Positions 48,132-51,504 of a DNA stretch of 51,504 bases are shown here, piece by piece. Under the pieces are notes generated by a model. That model did no database searches, was not told the DNA's origin, and saw only the letters and a program-made list of their open reading frames with translations. Source of the DNA: Promethearchaeota archaeon. Lineage in GTDB: Archaea; Asgardarchaeota; Lokiarchaeia; Sigyniarchaeales; SOKP01. The DNA lies in contig RDOA01000022.1 of assembly GCA_011364925.1 (NCBI GenBank), positions 1 to 51,504 on the forward strand, written 5' to 3'. Position 1 is the first letter of the stretch. Each line of letters opens with the position of its first letter. A program made the position numbers and the translations under genes.

Positions 48132-48196
48132 TCACCAACGATTGTGATTTGAACATCTAATGATCTTTTTCTTTTTAAAGAAAAAATTTTGTTAAT

Positions 48197-48862
48197 TTAC
48201 GCTTTAAAAATATAATACGCTAAGAAGACCATAAACCCAACAATTGAACTTAGTAAAAACCATTCCATGAGGGGAATACTGATAATAGAATAAAGGATTA
48301 CTAAAAAAATAGGGACAACTAATCCAAAAACCCCTAAGTTCTTTAACTTACACCTATGAGAAAGAATTATGTTTAAACTAAAAAAGAAAATCGAGATAAT
48401 ATACCCACCGAACGAAAAAAATGCTGTTAATCCATGATAAATCTGTCCTGGACCGGCTCGGTCAAGACTAAACACTCCTAACAGGATATAACTTATGTTC
48501 CCAACTACTCCTGATACTGCTCCTAATTCTAAAAAGAGAATTGAATGTTTAGATTCTTTGTACCGGATTCGAAGTTTCTTTCTACCATAATATTCAGTAG
48601 GAAGACTTATTAATCCTCCAAGAACGCAAGTTAAATCGTTAAAGTAAGGAAATGGAATAACATTTTTGCTACCTAAATCGCTAATATAATTTAAAGTGAG
48701 GTTAAAACCATAAAATGACGAAATTATCACATTAATGACAAGTAAAGCAACATATATCGCCGTTCCATAGAAGAAAAAACTAGCATACCGCGGGATTATG
48801 ACTCTATTCTGCTCATTTAGCTCAGTAATTTCGTAACCATCCAATTCTTGTTTAGTTATCAA
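48197..48862 (-). CDS. DUF998-like membrane protein
   Basis: NYISDLGS..FN motif, GVFSLD, conserved His (YHG), several TM helices. Confidence 0.8.
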   Translation of the reverse strand: MITKQELDGYEITELNEQNRVIIPRYASFFFYGTAIYVALLVINVIISSFYGFNLTLNYISDLGSKNVIPFPYFNDLTCVLGGLISLPTEYYGRKKLRIRYKESKHSILFLELGAVSGVVGNISYILLGVFSLDRAGPGQIYHGLTAFFSFGGYIISIFFFSLNIILSHRCKLKNLGVFGLVVPIFLVILYSIISIPLMEWFLLSSIVGFMVFLAYYIFKA

Positions 48863-48946
48863 ATTCTTCTCCGTTCGAAACTAAATTTTTCCTTTGCAAA
48901 TAATTCAAATCTCGATATTTAAAAAAAAAATTGTCGACAGAAATTA

Positions 48947-49819
48947 ATGGAGTTTAAAAACTTTAATTTGGATAATTATTTAATCCTAACGCATATTCTC
49001 ATGATCGAGCTAAAATTAAAGCAATCGGAATCATTCGAACATCTCAGAATAAAAGAGTACTTCTACGAGAACATTCCCATCGATAATGAAATTGATGATA
49101 TTAAAAAAGAACAACCAATTGGTAATCGTAAAGCAGATGTTTACTGTAAGCTAGTTAATGGAAAAGAGATCGTAATCGAAATCCAACATTCAATGATACT
49201 CACCAAAGATCTCCTCCAACGCACTAAAGAGTACAACGATAATGGTTGCTATGTGCTCTGGGTATTCAACGGTAGCGCCTTTGAGCGTTATCCGAACATC
49301 GAAGACAACATTTCTATGTTGAGTTTCGAGAAATGCTCTCACATTCTCTATCGCGGTCGAGTATATTACATCAATATGACAAAACAAGGCATTCACAGCC
49401 CTATATATCCTCTCCATTTTGCTAACTTTTACGAAAGAAAGAATTCAAACTATGGTTTTTGGTATTACCGTAGGTCCATCAACAAAAAAACTATAATACC
49501 GGGGAATATTCCGTCTTTATTTTTTAAAACTTTTAAGAACAATGGATACAAATTAGCTGGTTTTTACGATGAGAATATTCGACAAATGTGTGTTCATGAG
49601 CTCCAACAGCTATTAATGGACTACGAGAGTATCGATAAAGAAATTAATAGTATTAAGAAATTGAAACCTCATCAAAAGAAACTCTTCATTATCATAGCAA
49701 TGTATGGACAGCAATATGGATTACACCTCATTTTTAATGTGTTATCGCACCTAAAGGTTGTTACAAAAGGAGATTTTCCCTATTTGAATACTGTGTATCA
49801 GTTTTTAAGGTCTAGTTGA
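48947..49819 (+). CDS. CoiA-like PD-(D/E)XK nuclease-fold protein
   Basis: ESFEH, RKADV, IEIQHS, RTKEY, VLWV; true start possibly ATG at 49001. Confidence 0.82.
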   Translation: MEFKNFNLDNYLILTHILMIELKLKQSESFEHLRIKEYFYENIPIDNEIDDIKKEQPIGNRKADVYCKLVNGKEIVIEIQHSMILTKDLLQRTKEYNDNGCYVLWVFNGSAFERYPNIEDNISMLSFEKCSHILYRGRVYYINMTKQGIHSPIYPLHFANFYERKNSNYGFWYYRRSINKKTIIPGNIPSLFFKTFKNNGYKLAGFYDENIRQMCVHELQQLLMDYESIDKEINSIKKLKPHQKKLFIIIAMYGQQYGLHLIFNVLSHLKVVTKGDFPYLNTVYQFLRSS

Positions 49820-49835
49820 TATTTCGATGGTTTAT

Positions 49836-50789
49836 TCACACAATTTCTAAAGTCGAATTTTTCGTGAAAACTAATTCTTTTTCGTTGGTATAACTATTGG
49901 TTCTTACAGCCACATTCGAAATCACTACAGTGTCTTGATCGCTAATTATTTTTAAGCATTCAATCGCGTTCATTCCCCATATAATAACTCGAATCGTTGT
50001 TGAGTCGTCACTCAGGAGTAATTTGAGTAGAAATGTCTTTTCGCCAGATTTTTTAGTGATTTCTTTGAAAACTTCGATTTGAACCTGACCATATATCTGT
50101 TTGAGGTAATTGAACTTCTTTACTAACTCCGATATCCCTTTCATAGATTTTGATTCCAATTCGTTCTTCCTCGAAGCAACACTATCTATGTTTTCTAAAC
50201 GATCCTTAAAGTCTTTATTTCCGATTTCAGGAGAAAAAATTATTTTGCCTCTTTTACCAATATGGAGTTCTAAATTATCTTGTCTTCCTCTTTTACAATA
50301 AGCTCCAACGATTCGGATTAGTTCGCCAACTCGAAAATTTTCACTCTTAATCAAGTCTACCTTTTCGTCCCACAGGATAACTTTAATTTCCTGAGTAATG
50401 TCTCCAAACAAGAACGAAACGACTTTACCTACGGTTCCATCCTTTCTTAAAAACTCTCTTGGTTCGTAAATCTTAAGAATTTTGCCAAGTAAAACTACAT
50501 TCTTCATATCTTCTTTAACTTCTGATAATTCAATCGTAAATTCGTCGTAATCGATTTTTTCTTCGAATTCTTTATAATTTTGCTCCTCTATCTCGGGCGA
50601 TTGGATGTGTATGCCGTTTTCTTTAGCGATTATAAACAAAATGCCTTGCTTTGACATAAATCCTCCAAATTCGTTCTCTTTATGCCGTACCTGCTTCTCT
50701 AATTCTATTTCTGAAATACCTGAAGCTAAAATCATTCGATAAAGTTCATCTATAGAGATACTCATATTCCTACTTAGTTGATCATACAC
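49836..50789 (-). CDS. Replication protein A / OB-fold ssDNA-binding protein
   Basis: FLRKDGTVGKVVSFLFGDITQEIKVILWD and a second OB fold (LSDDSTTIRVIIWG); N-terminal GGFMSKQGILFIIAKENG helical domain. Confidence 0.88.
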   Translation of the reverse strand: MYDQLSRNMSISIDELYRMILASGISEIELEKQVRHKENEFGGFMSKQGILFIIAKENGIHIQSPEIEEQNYKEFEEKIDYDEFTIELSEVKEDMKNVVLLGKILKIYEPREFLRKDGTVGKVVSFLFGDITQEIKVILWDEKVDLIKSENFRVGELIRIVGAYCKRGRQDNLELHIGKRGKIIFSPEIGNKDFKDRLENIDSVASRKNELESKSMKGISELVKKFNYLKQIYGQVQIEVFKEITKKSGEKTFLLKLLLSDDSTTIRVIIWGMNAIECLKIISDQDTVVISNVAVRTNSYTNEKELVFTKNSTLEIV

Positions 50790-50891
50790 TTAAGTATAAA
50801 ATCAAACACCCTTATTTAAAAAAAAAATAATCGTACTAAAAAGAAAGAAATGAAATATAGAAAACGGAAATTTCAAAATAGCGCTTTGCAT

Positions 50892-51461
50892 TTATTTTCG
50901 AAAAATGTATACATCGTGAAAAGAGGTTTCTTTTAGTTCTAATGATAAATGCAAACCATTAACGTATTTTCTTGGATCCACAGCATCTGGATGATCTGGA
51001 TGTTTACTTGCCCGAATTTTGGCTATAGATTGGGCTTTTGGTTCAAAGATGCACAACACTCCACTAGGTTTGAGCACCCGAAAGCTTTCGTTAAATGCTG
51101 CTTGTCTATCGTGAATGTGATGTAAAGAACCTGATATAAAAATCGCATCGAATGATTCGCTCGCAAAAGGCATTTTTTCAGCGTTAAACGGTTTGTAGGT
51201 TATTAAATGTTCCACTTCTGCTTTTTTAGCGGTTTCTAACCAATTTTGTTTTGCGTATTCGGACTTATCGCTTTCTAATTCTCCAGTAAGCACTTTATAA
51301 CCGCTTAATGCTAGCGTTATTGCCATTCTACCCTCTCCAGTTCCCACATCTAGGATTTTCGCTTTCTTATCTAACGCGAGATATTCTAGAATTGGTATGG
51401 TGTTTTTGAAAATAAAATCAAACTCAGAACCTAAATGCTTCTTAACTTCGTTAATCTCCAT
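50892..51461 (-). CDS. Class I SAM-dependent methyltransferase
   Basis: ILDVGTGEG, MPFASESFD, RVLKPSG. Confidence 0.93.
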   Translation of the reverse strand: MEINEVKKHLGSEFDFIFKNTIPILEYLALDKKAKILDVGTGEGRMAITLALSGYKVLTGELESDKSEYAKQNWLETAKKAEVEHLITYKPFNAEKMPFASESFDAIFISGSLHHIHDRQAAFNESFRVLKPSGVLCIFEPKAQSIAKIRASKHPDHPDAVDPRKYVNGLHLSLELKETSFHDVYIFRK

Positions 51462-51504
51462 GTTAAAAAGTAAACTTAGAGAATATTTATTGTTTGTATT
51501 TAAG

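Noticed and set aside
879-50301. Numerous short antisense or overlapping ORFs in the track (e.g. 879..1166, 12974..13249, 19888..20229, 30829..31014, 41758..42090)
   Set aside because: Nearly all overlap well-supported genes, and all show shadow-ORF composition (Ser/Phe/Ile-rich) with no motifs.

Overview
AT-rich, gene-dense archaeal chromosome segment. The gene content points to an Asgard archaeon of the Lokiarchaeia/Promethearchaeota type: three small GTPases (Rab-like, longin-fused, MglA-like), roadblock and longin domains, an OB-fold RPA, frequent TTG/GTG starts and GGTGA-type ribosome-binding sites. This taxonomic call is an inference. Metabolic and housekeeping genes include purD, a GH116 glucosidase, a CDP-alcohol phosphatidyltransferase, an M32 carboxypeptidase, an acyl-CoA ligase, an amidase, trmJ, gpmA, PhzF, a MOT1-like transporter and an acyl-CoA dehydrogenase. 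No rRNA, tRNA, CRISPR array or transposase was recognised. Main leads: (1) three genes that appear to start at non-canonical ATC/ATT codons, each exactly 6 nt after an aligned Shine-Dalgarno element and just downstream of an in-frame stop; (2) a 114-nt multibranch structured element with candidate promoters in a 1-kb intergenic gap (probable unannotated ncRNA); (3) a five-gene cluster with longin, GTPase, alpha-solenoid and coiled-coil parts, reminiscent of membrane adaptor/coat modules; (4) an mglB-mglA operon extended by two unknown genes; (5) an acyl-CoA dehydrogenase fused to a winged helix; (6) a secreted protein with cadherin-like Ca-binding repeats; (7) a GNAT gene interrupted by an in-frame TAA. 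All family calls come from motif reading by eye; no database searches were run.
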